A DNA stretch of 16,446 nt from a virus (IMGVR_UViG_2737471859_000001), one strand, 5' to 3'; shown: positions 1-8,573, counted from the stretch's first letter. Notes: generated by a model not told the origin, from the letters alone. Numbers and translations are program-made.

Positions 1-246
1 CCCTATCGCTCCAGGAATAGCGGTTGACGTATATGTCTGATCGATATTACCAGTCATAACTGTAAATACCTGATTTGGAAAGGTGAAAGGGAAGTTACAA
101 ACAAGCCCTGTAGAATTTGATGCTCCAGCTGTGCCGTATGCCCATTGAATGATAAGCGTCTTTTTATCAGTGCCAAGTAGCACAGGTAATCTCAACCAGC
201 CATTTTCTCCAAATGATGCACTTGCTGCATCTAACTTAGCGGCTCC
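1..246 (-). CDS. Tail-fibre C-terminal variable cassette, partial (runs off window start); silent copy of an invertible tail-fibre switch
   Basis: Minus-strand frame is open for 82 codons from the gix-like site to position 1 (..SASFGENGWLRLPVLLGTDKKTLIIQWAYGTAG..). The GxNGWxRLP / IIQW motifs resemble phage side-tail-fibre C-termini. Position relative to the invertase matches Mu G / P1 C segment layout. In-frame ATGs at 292-297 sit just outside the site. Confidence 0.4.
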
Positions 247-269
247 TCCTAAACCAACGTTTAAGAAAA
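244..269. other. gix/hix-like recombination (crossover) site for the adjacent serine invertase
   Basis: 26-bp imperfect palindrome tcctcctaaacc-aa-cgtttaagaaaa (half-sites share TAAAC, AA core), 56 bp upstream of the invertase start; resembles hix/gix sites as remembered. Confidence 0.4.
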
Positions 270-324
270 TGCAGAGATTACGGCTAACTGGCATCATCCC
301 CGGTTTTTATTCAGGGGATCCATC

Positions 325-924
325 ATGCTTATTGGCTATGTCCGCGTATCAACAAATGACCAGAATACAGAATTGCAGCGTAACGCGCTGGAGTGCGCAG
401 GATGTGAACTGATTTTTGAAGATAAAATCAGCGGAACGAAATCAGCCAGACCGGGATTGAAAAAACTGCTCAGAACGCTATCAGAAGGAGATACGCTGGT
501 TGTCTGGAAGCTGGACAGACTGGGCAGAAGTATGAAACACCTGATCACGCTTATTGAGGAATTGCGGGAAAAAGGTGTTAATTTCCGTAGTCTGACGGAC
601 AGCATTGACACATCAACACCCATGGGGCGTTTCTTTTTTCACGTCATGGGAGCTTTAGCCGAAATGGAACGTGAATTAATTGTAGAGCGTACACTGGCCG
701 GGCTGGCAGCAGCACGCGCACAAGGACGCATTGGCGGACGTCGCCCGAAGTTGACAAAAGAACAACACGAGCAAATAGCGAGGCTGATTAAAAACGGTCA
801 TGACAGGAAACAACTGGCGATCATTTACGACATCGGCATATCGACGATTTATCGTTATCACCCTGTAGGCGATATACAGGCTGAAGAAACAACCAGGCAG
901 ACTCAGGAAAATGAAAACCGCTAA
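325..924 (+). CDS. Serine DNA invertase, Gin/Pin/Cin/Hin family
   Basis: 199-aa ORF starting MLIGYVRVSTNDQNT, with GDTLVVWKLDRLGRS and MGALAEMERELI motifs, near-collinear with Mu Gin as remembered. Confidence 0.93.
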   Translation: MLIGYVRVSTNDQNTELQRNALECAGCELIFEDKISGTKSARPGLKKLLRTLSEGDTLVVWKLDRLGRSMKHLITLIEELREKGVNFRSLTDSIDTSTPMGRFFFHVMGALAEMERELIVERTLAGLAAARAQGRIGGRRPKLTKEQHEQIARLIKNGHDRKQLAIIYDIGISTIYRYHPVGDIQAEETTRQTQENENR

Positions 925-943
925 TCTGACCATTAGCGGTTTT
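914..943. terminator. Bidirectional hairpin between convergent invertase and U genes
   Basis: Perfect 12-bp inverted repeat aaaaccgctaat / attagcggtttt with 6-nt loop; A-tract on one side and T-tract on the other; overlaps the invertase stop codon. Confidence 0.55.
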
Positions 944-950
944 GCGTTAA

Positions 951-1445
951 TCAAAACAGCCCTTTAACGGAGCTGGCCGCGCTGTTAAGGGATGATGTGA
1001 CCTTATCTTTGAAGCCGGACAGCATATCACTGAACGATGAGGATTGCAGGCGCTCCCGCAAATCCTCATCACATCGTTCAAGAGTCAGTGAAAATTCTAT
1101 CTTTTTCGCCTTACCGTAGCGATCAAACTCGGAACGGGTCGTATTCGTTTCAGTCAGTACATACATGCCGTAAATCTGCCCGACACCATCAATCAGAGGC
1201 CAGGGGCGTCCTGTATATGCCTGCGTGGTCAGCAACGAAAGCGACACTTCGCCACCTGTAATTTCAGGATAAAGCACGCCGGAAAGCACGATGCGATCAT
1301 CACCTGCGCCGATATACTGCCAGCTTGCTGAACGGTTAACGCGTTCATTTTTCACATGCCGCCAGTTTTTGTTTTGCTGTAACTGCTGATGCGGCAATGT
1401 GCGCAGCTCAAAAACAAACATGCCGTAGATCATCATCATGGCCAT
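951..1445 (-). CDS. P2 gpU-like tail protein
   Basis: 164-aa ORF; N-terminus and ..LSGVLYPEITGG..WPLIDG..IYGMYV.. resemble P2 gpU; sits directly after the tape measure gene. Confidence 0.8.
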   Translation of the reverse strand: MAMMMIYGMFVFELRTLPHQQLQQNKNWRHVKNERVNRSASWQYIGAGDDRIVLSGVLYPEITGGEVSLSLLTTQAYTGRPWPLIDGVGQIYGMYVLTETNTTRSEFDRYGKAKKIEFSLTLERCDEDLRERLQSSSFSDMLSGFKDKVTSSLNSAASSVKGLF

Positions 1446-1451
1446 GACTCC

Positions 1452-4268
1452 TCAATCTTTATCGTAAAAACTGCCACGTCCGGCACGGTCGCGTCGTTCC
1501 AATTCTGCCCTGACCATTTCACCGACCAGTTTCGCCAGTTCGCGGGGATTCTGCGTAACAACGTTATGCAGATGAACATGAATTTCACCGCCAAATCCGG
1601 AGACAACAGCCTCCCGGTTACGGGAAGTTGCAGGAACTGATGCCACTGGCGATCGTATGGCCTCCGCCACCGGGCGGGAGCTGGCCGCAACAACAGGGAC
1701 CAGCGCCGGAGGCAGAGGAGTCGGGACCACGGGTGTGATGTTGATTGCGGAAGCAGGCTTACTGACCTGCGCAATCTTCCGCTCCTGCCACTCCCCACGA
1801 ACAGCAAGTGCGCGGGGCAGGTTCTTAAAGACAATATCGCCGGGGCCAATGCGTTTTTTCGTCTCATCAACCAGCTTACCTGTGTTATCAGCAATTTTGC
1901 TGAGTCTGCGTAGCGTACCGGTATTGCTGTCTGTGAGCGGTTTGTTGTCTTTGGGTTTATCACCTCCGGTGCCATTGCCATTTTCCACAGGCTTCGGCGG
2001 ATTGATTTTCGCCAGGTCCCCCTGAAGCAAGGCAACCTTGTCCTGAAGAATGGCCGCACGCTGTGCGTCTTCGATTTTCTTGCGCGCCCTTTCCGCTTCA
2101 TCCGGAAGGACGCCAAGTTTTTCAAGTATCCACGCCAGCGTATCCAGTAGCATTTTTGCAGGCGTCAGAACAAGTTGTAACGCACCGCCAAGAACGTTAC
2201 CGAATATCTCGCCAGCACTGGTACATTTATCCAGCGTTTCCTTGCTGGACTCCATCGGTGACAGCAGCGATTTAAACCAGTTAAACACCTGGCTGATCCC
2301 GCTTCCGATTGCGTCAAAAACAGGACCAAACCGTTCAAAGGTTTCGCGCAACGGGGTCAGCCTTTCCATAATCCCGCCGAACACCCCGGCAAAAAATGCC
2401 CTGATGGGATCCCAATATTTCCAGATAAGAATGGCAGCTCCGGCAAGCGCAGCCACGATAAGACCAACCGGACTGAACAGCGCCCCGATAGCACCTCCCA
2501 GCAAAGAAACGGAACCCGTCACCATTCCCCATAGTGCTGGCAGGACCCTGACAGCATTCATTGATCCGGTCAGGAGGGAAAAACCAAGACGCAGTTTTGC
2601 CAGCGGACCAGCAAGCACACCAATAGCCAGCGACAACGAGCCAACCGTTGCAGTCATTGCCAGCAACGCACCGCCTGCTATCAGTAGCTGGCGCGTCAGT
2701 GCGGGATGGGCCTGCGCCAGCGCCGTCACCTTTGATACCACACGCGTGAGCCACTGCGTGACAGAACGCAGCGGACCGTCAATCAGATCTGCAATGCGGA
2801 TGCGCAACCCTTCCCATGCACTGCCGAGTGATTTCAGATCGCCGTCAAGGTTGTTGGCCATAACCTTTGCTGTGCGTTCAGCCTCACCGCGCGCGCCTTC
2901 AAGTTCTTTTCTCAGTTTGGGTAAGGACCCGTCACCCGCTGCATCAACGAGCGCCATAAACGATGTGAAAGCCTCTTCCCCGGCGATGTCCTTAAAGAAG
3001 GATACCCGGTCAACTTCCCCGTATTTGCGGGTGGCTTTATAAAGGTCGGCCAGCACATCCTCCATCGGGCGCATTTTGCCGTTCGCGTCAGAAACTGCCA
3101 CACCAAGCTCTTTCAGCGCCTCTGCTGCTGCCTTTGGCGGTGATGCCAGACGAGCCAGGCTGGCACGCATTGCCGTCCCGGCATCACTCCCTCTGATACC
3201 CATATTCGCCAGCACGCCCGCCATCGCTGCGGCCTGCTCCAGCGATATTCCCAGCTTACCCGCCACCGGACCTGCATATTTCATGGTTTCGCCCAGTGCG
3301 CGAAGGTCAGTGTTGGTACGGGTAAACGCTGCGGTGAGTGTGTCACCAACCCGGTCCATCTGGTCAGCAGAAAGGCCGAACTGCGTCAGGATATTTGAGC
3401 CAATATCCGCCGTCTCGCCGAGATCCATGCCGCCAGCCGTTGCCATGCTCAGCACGCCCGGAAGCGCAGCCTGAATGGCCTGCGGTGTGAAGCCAGCCAT
3501 TGCAAGAAATGCCTGTCCACTGGCGGCATCGCCTGCGGTGAACTGCGTTTCAGAGCCAAGTTTTAACGCCTGCTCACGCAGCGCCTTAAACTGTGGGCTG
3601 TTCTGATCGATTCGCGTCAGTGCCTGAACGCGGGACATCTCTTTCCCGAACCCGATCGCAGGCTGCAAAAAACGCCCGGCAGCATAGCCGCCAGCCGCTG
3701 CCGCACCAATTGCCAGCGCACCACCTGTTTTCAGTTTTCCAGCAGTTTCCTGCGCGCGCGAATACCGCTCACGCGCCCGCGTTACACGCGCAAGCGTCTG
3801 CCGTTCGCGTTCAAGCTGGTTGTTGTACTGTTCGGTGCGTCTGATGGCCTGCTGGATGGTGTTATCGCTGCCTGTCAGGGAAATGCCGTGGCGTTTCAGC
3901 TCTCCGCCAAGCTCCCGCATTTTCTGAATTTCCCGTGTGCGCGATTCATTCAGGCGTTCAAGCCGGGTGCTTAACTGCTGCATCAGCTTTTGTTGTTTTT
4001 CGCTGAGCACTGTACCCGTGCGTTGTAACTGATTAAGGGCGTTAAGCTGGCGTCGTGCTTTCACGATGCTCGCATCCGCTTTACTGACAGCGTCACGGGC
4101 GCGCTCAAATGAACGCGCCTGACGCTCGAGATTTTTGATCGCCCCCTGCGTTCGCTGGATGGAGTCACCAAACTGCCCCATCAGGCGGCGGGCGTTTTCG
4201 GCAGGCCGGGTCAGCCTGTCAACGGCGCTGAAAGCGACCCGGATATCAAGAGTCTTCATTATCTGCAT
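1452..4268 (-). CDS. Tail tape measure protein (P2 gpT-like)
   Basis: 938-aa ORF, coiled-coil-rich N-terminal half, long hydrophobic Gly/Ala-rich central segment, position between E/E' and U. Confidence 0.9.
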   Translation of the reverse strand: MQIMKTLDIRVAFSAVDRLTRPAENARRLMGQFGDSIQRTQGAIKNLERQARSFERARDAVSKADASIVKARRQLNALNQLQRTGTVLSEKQQKLMQQLSTRLERLNESRTREIQKMRELGGELKRHGISLTGSDNTIQQAIRRTEQYNNQLERERQTLARVTRARERYSRAQETAGKLKTGGALAIGAAAAGGYAAGRFLQPAIGFGKEMSRVQALTRIDQNSPQFKALREQALKLGSETQFTAGDAASGQAFLAMAGFTPQAIQAALPGVLSMATAGGMDLGETADIGSNILTQFGLSADQMDRVGDTLTAAFTRTNTDLRALGETMKYAGPVAGKLGISLEQAAAMAGVLANMGIRGSDAGTAMRASLARLASPPKAAAEALKELGVAVSDANGKMRPMEDVLADLYKATRKYGEVDRVSFFKDIAGEEAFTSFMALVDAAGDGSLPKLRKELEGARGEAERTAKVMANNLDGDLKSLGSAWEGLRIRIADLIDGPLRSVTQWLTRVVSKVTALAQAHPALTRQLLIAGGALLAMTATVGSLSLAIGVLAGPLAKLRLGFSLLTGSMNAVRVLPALWGMVTGSVSLLGGAIGALFSPVGLIVAALAGAAILIWKYWDPIRAFFAGVFGGIMERLTPLRETFERFGPVFDAIGSGISQVFNWFKSLLSPMESSKETLDKCTSAGEIFGNVLGGALQLVLTPAKMLLDTLAWILEKLGVLPDEAERARKKIEDAQRAAILQDKVALLQGDLAKINPPKPVENGNGTGGDKPKDNKPLTDSNTGTLRRLSKIADNTGKLVDETKKRIGPGDIVFKNLPRALAVRGEWQERKIAQVSKPASAINITPVVPTPLPPALVPVVAASSRPVAEAIRSPVASVPATSRNREAVVSGFGGEIHVHLHNVVTQNPRELAKLVGEMVRAELERRDRAGRGSFYDKD

Positions 4269-4514
4269 TCCCGCTGCGAAGTGCCGCCCGCTCGCGCCAG
4301 CTAACCACTTCGCCGGGCGTCATCATGAAGATTTCGGCGGGCGACCAGTTAAAAATGGCGGCAATATCCGCCACCAGATCTTCGATGTGCTCAAAGCACA
4401 CCAGGGTGATTACGCTGCCGTCTCCTGCACGCTCTTCGCGCCAGAGTCTGGCTCGCTCATAAAATTTACAGCCACAGCGCACAACTGAATAAAATCGCGT
4501 GACGACATTTTTTT
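4246..4514 (-). CDS. E' extension of tail assembly chaperone, expressed by -1 programmed frameshift from E (E+E' fusion)
   Basis: The -1 frame opens at a TAA that overlaps the A7 run (plus-strand T7 at 4508-4514) inside E and runs to 4246, overlapping the T start by 23 nt. Same arrangement as P2 E/E' and lambda G/GT. Confidence 0.6.
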
Positions 4515-4784
4515 AATCATCACTTCATCCAGTCGTGGCGAGGTCACGCGAGGCAACAGCGTAAACATGGTATCCGCTTTCAGATTCAGCACATCAGACA
4601 GCGACAGACCACGCAGGGATCCAGCCTGCTCAATAGCCCCGGTGATCTCCACATACGTGATTTTTTCGCCACCACGCTCAATTGGTCGGGTCAGTTTTAC
4701 GCCACGTTCGACAGCCATATCCTCACCTGCCGTCACATCATCCGCCACGGTGTTATTCCGGGTTTCAGTATTGATGTCTTTCAT
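4410..4784 (-). CDS. Tail assembly chaperone (P2 gpE-like)
   Basis: 124-aa ORF immediately upstream of the tape measure gene; contains the A7 slip site at codons 91-92. Confidence 0.75.
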   Translation of the reverse strand: MKDINTETRNNTVADDVTAGEDMAVERGVKLTRPIERGGEKITYVEITGAIEQAGSLRGLSLSDVLNLKADTMFTLLPRVTSPRLDEVMIKKMSSRDFIQLCAVAVNFMSEPDSGAKSVQETAA

Positions 4785-4839
4785 TAGTTGTCTCCTTTTC
4801 AGTCAGAGGCGACGCACTGCGCCGCCTGCATATTACTTA

Positions 4840-5352
4840 TCAGCCAAGCCCAAGCGCGGAACGGATACGGTCAGGCACAATGTCCTTGCCGTCCTTCCGG
4901 TAGATGTGGTTCAACAGGTCGATTTCCCACAGCGGGCGATCGTTAACGCTCAGCTTGTAGTAGGTGTTTTTGACAGCGTAAGTGTGTGATGTGGCTTCGC
5001 CCTGTTTGGCTTCCCCCATATCAATTTCCGTCACACGCCCGCGCATCTCGATTTCATACAGATCGCTTTCTGCATCGGTGTAGTATTCACCCGCAAAACG
5101 CAGCAGCGTGCCGTCAATCGTGCCGCCATATTTAAGGAACAGCGCACGAACAGCTCCCCCCATGACAAAACTCGCATCAAGCGCGGAGTCGTCCAGACCG
5201 AGATCAATACTTACCGCCCCCATCATGCCACCACCACGATAGCTGTCGGTTTTGCGCGTCAGTTTGGGCGGCGTGACGGATGTCACTTTGCCCACTTCGT
5301 TTTCACCATCCACAAACAGCGTAAAAAAGCGAAGATGTTTTGGTACAGCCAT
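4840..5352 (-). CDS. Contractile tail tube protein (P2 FII-like)
   Basis: 170-aa ORF with LPKLTRK..YRG.G..DLGLDD..RFAG..MRGR..EID.GE.KQGE pattern; start overlaps the sheath stop (TGATG). Confidence 0.9.
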   Translation of the reverse strand: MAVPKHLRFFTLFVDGENEVGKVTSVTPPKLTRKTDSYRGGGMMGAVSIDLGLDDSALDASFVMGGAVRALFLKYGGTIDGTLLRFAGEYYTDAESDLYEIEMRGRVTEIDMGEAKQGEATSHTYAVKNTYYKLSVNDRPLWEIDLLNHIYRKDGKDIVPDRIRSALGLG

Positions 5353-6536
5353 CAGGCACCTCCCAGCACCGCAAATGCGGGACCAAAGAATTCATCAGTA
5401 AACGTCTGGTAAAGCTCCATGTCTTCCAGTGGCGGAACGGGCGTATATTTGTAGCGAATACGCACACGTCCCTGACGTAAATCCGTGGTGCCGTTATCCA
5501 CCACGTCATACCAGCACTCCGCACCAATCAGTTTCCCGGCAGTAACCAGCGAATCCAGTTTTGCCCTGATGGCGCTGATAACATCCTTCACGTTCGCAGG
5601 TGTCAGTGGACTGTCGATGGTTTCAAACTGCGCTTCCGCAATTGAATCAGCCAGCACCTGTGCGGTTCGGGTATACACCTCAAAGATGTAGGCGTTCGTT
5701 TCCGGTGTGCGGTTGCCCCAGAAGCGGAACCCGTTGCGGCGAATGATGGTGGTGATTTCCTTGTTGTTGAGGCTGTTGGCGTCACTGTCCTCGGCCTGTA
5801 ACGACCAGAAAACATGTTTTGACATGCCCAGGACATTTTTAACCGGAACATTGGACAGCGATTTGTGCCAGCCCTGCTCATGGTCAATATACGCACGAAG
5901 GCCGCACGCATAAGCAGGCGCGGGGAACGTTTCGTTTTTACCACTTTTCGGGTTGTAAGCGATAAAATCCGGCCACAGAAGCATCACCTCACGTTCGTTG
6001 AATTTCTGGCGGTAGGTAATCGCCTCAGCCATCGTGTTACAGCCGTGACATGAGGCATACACAAACGCGCGCAGTTTACCCGCAATCACGCACAGGGATT
6101 TTGTTACCGCCTCCGTGTCCAGCTCCGGCGCGGCCAGAATACGCGGACGGTATCCGATGCTTTCATCCTGCTCTGCAACAAGCAGCGCATACATCCCCGT
6201 ATAGCTGCCGTCATCCTCAGAACCACCGATAACCAGTTGATCCTGCGTCTTTCCGTCTTCTTCTTTGTGTTCAGCCACGCGAACGACGATCACCTTTGTG
6301 CTCACCTGGTCTGCGATGGCCTTAAGCGCACGATAAAGCGTCCCCGTTGTCCCGCATTTTCCCAGCACATCATTGACGCGGGTCAGCAGTGTGGGCTTGT
6401 TCAGCGGGAACAGCTTCGCGTCCGCATCATCCGCCGTTGCCACGATACCGATAACGCTGGAATCAACATCGTTAATCGCTGTTACCAGGTCGGTATTTTC
6501 CGTAACACGGGCACCATGAAAACGAGTTTCACTCAT
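5352..6536 (-). CDS. Contractile tail sheath protein (P2 FI-like)
   Basis: 394-aa ORF with ADDADA..FPLNKP, KLRAF, GWHKSLSNV, IRRNGFRFWGNRT, YTRTAQV and YTPVPPLE motifs typical of P2 FI. Confidence 0.93.
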   Translation of the reverse strand: MSETRFHGARVTENTDLVTAINDVDSSVIGIVATADDADAKLFPLNKPTLLTRVNDVLGKCGTTGTLYRALKAIADQVSTKVIVVRVAEHKEEDGKTQDQLVIGGSEDDGSYTGMYALLVAEQDESIGYRPRILAAPELDTEAVTKSLCVIAGKLRAFVYASCHGCNTMAEAITYRQKFNEREVMLLWPDFIAYNPKSGKNETFPAPAYACGLRAYIDHEQGWHKSLSNVPVKNVLGMSKHVFWSLQAEDSDANSLNNKEITTIIRRNGFRFWGNRTPETNAYIFEVYTRTAQVLADSIAEAQFETIDSPLTPANVKDVISAIRAKLDSLVTAGKLIGAECWYDVVDNGTTDLRQGRVRIRYKYTPVPPLEDMELYQTFTDEFFGPAFAVLGGA

Positions 6537-6693
6537 AGCTTCAGCCCCTTGTATCCGTTAAATGATTCGGCAACAATCATCACCCACCACGCGCGTAATC
6601 TCACCCCTGCGCCGTTCTCCCGCCACGGCGACAACAAAAAGCAGTAACCCCCTCCGCACGCACATGCGACCATGCCGCACAGGGAGGGAACAG

Positions 6694-7803
6694 ATGACCG
6701 ACACCACCATGCAATTGCTCAGTCAGGGCACAGACCCCGTGAAAATGCCGGATTTTGATATTCTCGCGGAGGGTAAAGCGCTGTCAGGCGTGGCAGAGCG
6801 CCTGATGAGCCTGTCACTGACCGACAACCGGGGATTTGAGGCGGACCAGCTCACCATCACGCTGGATGATGCGGATGGTCAGTTGCAGCTACCGCCACGG
6901 GGCGCGCGCCTGACGGTTCTCATTGGCTGGAAAGGAGAACCGCTGACAGAAAAAGGCACTTACATTGTTGATGAAATCGCTCACGAAGGACCGCCGGACA
7001 GGCTGACTGTTTCAGCCAGAAGCGCAGATTTTCGGGATGAATTTAACGTTAAACGTGAAGTATCCTGGCATGATGTGACCGTTGAGCGCGTGGTATCTGC
7101 CATCGCTCATCGGTATGGCCTGAAACCGCAAATCAGCGAAATGCTGATGGATATCGAAATCGACCACGCCGACCAGACCGAAGAAAGCGACATGTCCTTC
7201 CTTACGCGCATGGCGGAAATGTTGGGCGCAATCACCACAGTAAAAAGCGGTAATCTGTTATTCATCATGCCCGGTGGTGGCGTGAACGCGCAGGGCCAGC
7301 CGTTGCCCTCGTTTGCCATCACACGCAGCAGCGGCGATCGCCATCAGTTCCGCATTGCTGACCGCGAGGCGTATACGGGTGTACGCGCCTACTGGCTTGA
7401 TCTGAATTACGGGAAAAAGAAAAAAGTCAGCGTGAAACGCCGCAAACCGCCAAAACCCAAAAAGGAGAAAAGCAGCAGCCGTGAAGGTGATTATATGGAA
7501 GGCGCGGAAGGCAATGTGTTTGTGTTACGCAAGACTTATCAGAACGAGCAGGCAGCAAGACGCGCAGCGGCGGCAAAGTGGCAGCAGCTACAACGCGGAG
7601 CCGCATCATTCTCCATCATGCTGGCACGTGGACACGCAGAACTCTACCCCGAAATGCATGGCACGGTAACAGGATTTAAAAGCGAGATTGATAATCAGGA
7701 CTGGATTATTGCGAAAGCCGAGCACACCATTGATAACAGCGGCTTTACCACGCAGCTTGAGCTTGAGGCAAAAATCCCGGAATGGATAGCGGAAACAGAG
7801 TGA
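6694..7803 (+). CDS. P2 gpD-like late control / tail protein D
   Basis: ATG at 6694 preceded by agggaggg; the listed ORF start at 6562 is an in-frame upstream extension. Product (~369 aa) resembles gpD family and is followed by ogr as in P2. Confidence 0.8.
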   Translation: MTDTTMQLLSQGTDPVKMPDFDILAEGKALSGVAERLMSLSLTDNRGFEADQLTITLDDADGQLQLPPRGARLTVLIGWKGEPLTEKGTYIVDEIAHEGPPDRLTVSARSADFRDEFNVKREVSWHDVTVERVVSAIAHRYGLKPQISEMLMDIEIDHADQTEESDMSFLTRMAEMLGAITTVKSGNLLFIMPGGGVNAQGQPLPSFAITRSSGDRHQFRIADREAYTGVRAYWLDLNYGKKKKVSVKRRKPPKPKKEKSSSREGDYMEGAEGNVFVLRKTYQNEQAARRAAAAKWQQLQRGAASFSIMLARGHAELYPEMHGTVTGFKSEIDNQDWIIAKAEHTIDNSGFTTQLELEAKIPEWIAETE

Positions 7804-7845
7804 GGAACTTAGAATAGCGGCAGCACCACGTTAAGGGAGGTCGCT

Positions 7846-8106
7846 ATGTTCCGTTGTCCGCTTTGTGGCGCATCTGCCCGTATCCGCACCAGTCGCCCGG
7901 AAAATGATTCAAACACCGTGCGGCAAAAGTATTACCAGTGTAACAACCTGGAATGCGGCGTATGCTTCTCAACACTGGAAGCTTTCCATAAATTCACATC
8001 GAAACACGCCTCCGGCGTTCACTCATCAGAAGGTATCCCGTGGCATGATCTGCCAGCTTCACACAGGGGAAACAATCAGATGAGTTTGCCTTTACCTCAG
8101 AATTAA
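7846..8106 (+). CDS. ogr: Ogr/Delta-family zinc-finger late transcription activator
   Basis: MFRCPLCG...RTSR...YYQCNNLEC matches the P2 Ogr C4 zinc-finger pattern; aagggagg RBS; 86 aa versus 72 aa for P2 Ogr. Confidence 0.85.
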   Translation: MFRCPLCGASARIRTSRPENDSNTVRQKYYQCNNLECGVCFSTLEAFHKFTSKHASGVHSSEGIPWHDLPASHRGNNQMSLPLPQN

Positions 8107-8297
8107 CAGGCAGAATTGCCGGAGTAACAAAAAAGCGATAGATTACGCGCGGGTGCCTTTCGGCTGATGGTCGGAGGGAATACCCGAAGGCCAGATGTGG
8201 AAAGGCCCCGGAAAACATTTCTGTTTAACCGAGGCCCTAACATATCTACCTTAAGCAAGTGATAGGTTAGCGCCTCTCCAACAAAGGAGCAAGCGCT

Positions 8298-8438
8298 ATG
8301 TCGCAAAAATCGCTTACAGCCATCACATTCTGCGTGACGGTAATCCTCATCATCTGGATGCTGCACGGTTCGCTGTGCGAAATACGGATGAGCTTCTGGG
8401 GAGCGGAGTTTGCGGCGTTCTTACAGTGTAAGCAGTAA
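8298..8438 (+). CDS. Hok/Gef-family-like small membrane toxin (type I toxin candidate)
   Basis: 46-aa ORF MSQKSLTAITFCVTVILIIWMLHGSLCEIRMSFWGAEFAAFLQCKQ: one TM helix followed by the SLCE...E.AAFL.C pattern seen in HokA/HokB-like proteins; aaggag SD 8 nt upstream; GC hairpins downstream. Confidence 0.55.
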   Translation: MSQKSLTAITFCVTVILIIWMLHGSLCEIRMSFWGAEFAAFLQCKQ

Positions 8439-8573
8439 GGAAACCGCGACGGGGGAGCAATCCCCCGTCAATCGGTTGCCAGGGTATGGTCGAAGTGGCA
8501 CCCAAATTTAAATTGAGGCCCACCAGTAAGAGTGGTGGGCTTAACGCTTATTTAAATTTGAAAGGAACTCTTT

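Noticed and set aside
149-412. 87-aa plus-strand ORF overlapping the invertase start
   Set aside because: Out of frame with the strongly supported invertase and crosses the recombination site; no homology signal; the minus-strand tail-fibre frame explains the region better.
336-954. Minus-strand ORFs 336-623 and 676-954 within the invertase gene
   Set aside because: Antisense to a conserved invertase coding sequence; low-complexity translations.
2050-3042. 330-aa plus-strand ORF (and 1436-2125, 2335-2754 minus-strand ORFs) inside the tape measure gene
   Set aside because: Antisense or out-of-frame relative to a well-supported 938-aa TMP gene; Ser/Ala/Pro/Arg-rich low-complexity translations typical of spurious ORFs in GC-rich DNA; no RBS context.
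6537-6693. Search for an Ogr-dependent late promoter (TGT-N12-ACA dyad) in the FI/D divergent spacer
   Set aside because: No convincing TGT-N12-ACA match on either strand by eye; promoter assignment left open rather than asserted.
8103-8366. 87-aa minus-strand ORF antisense to the hok-like gene, and a 31-aa plus-strand ORF (8166-8261) as a possible mok
   Set aside because: No SD, and the candidate mok terminates before the hok-like start rather than overlapping it; more likely untranslated leader or antisense RNA territory.
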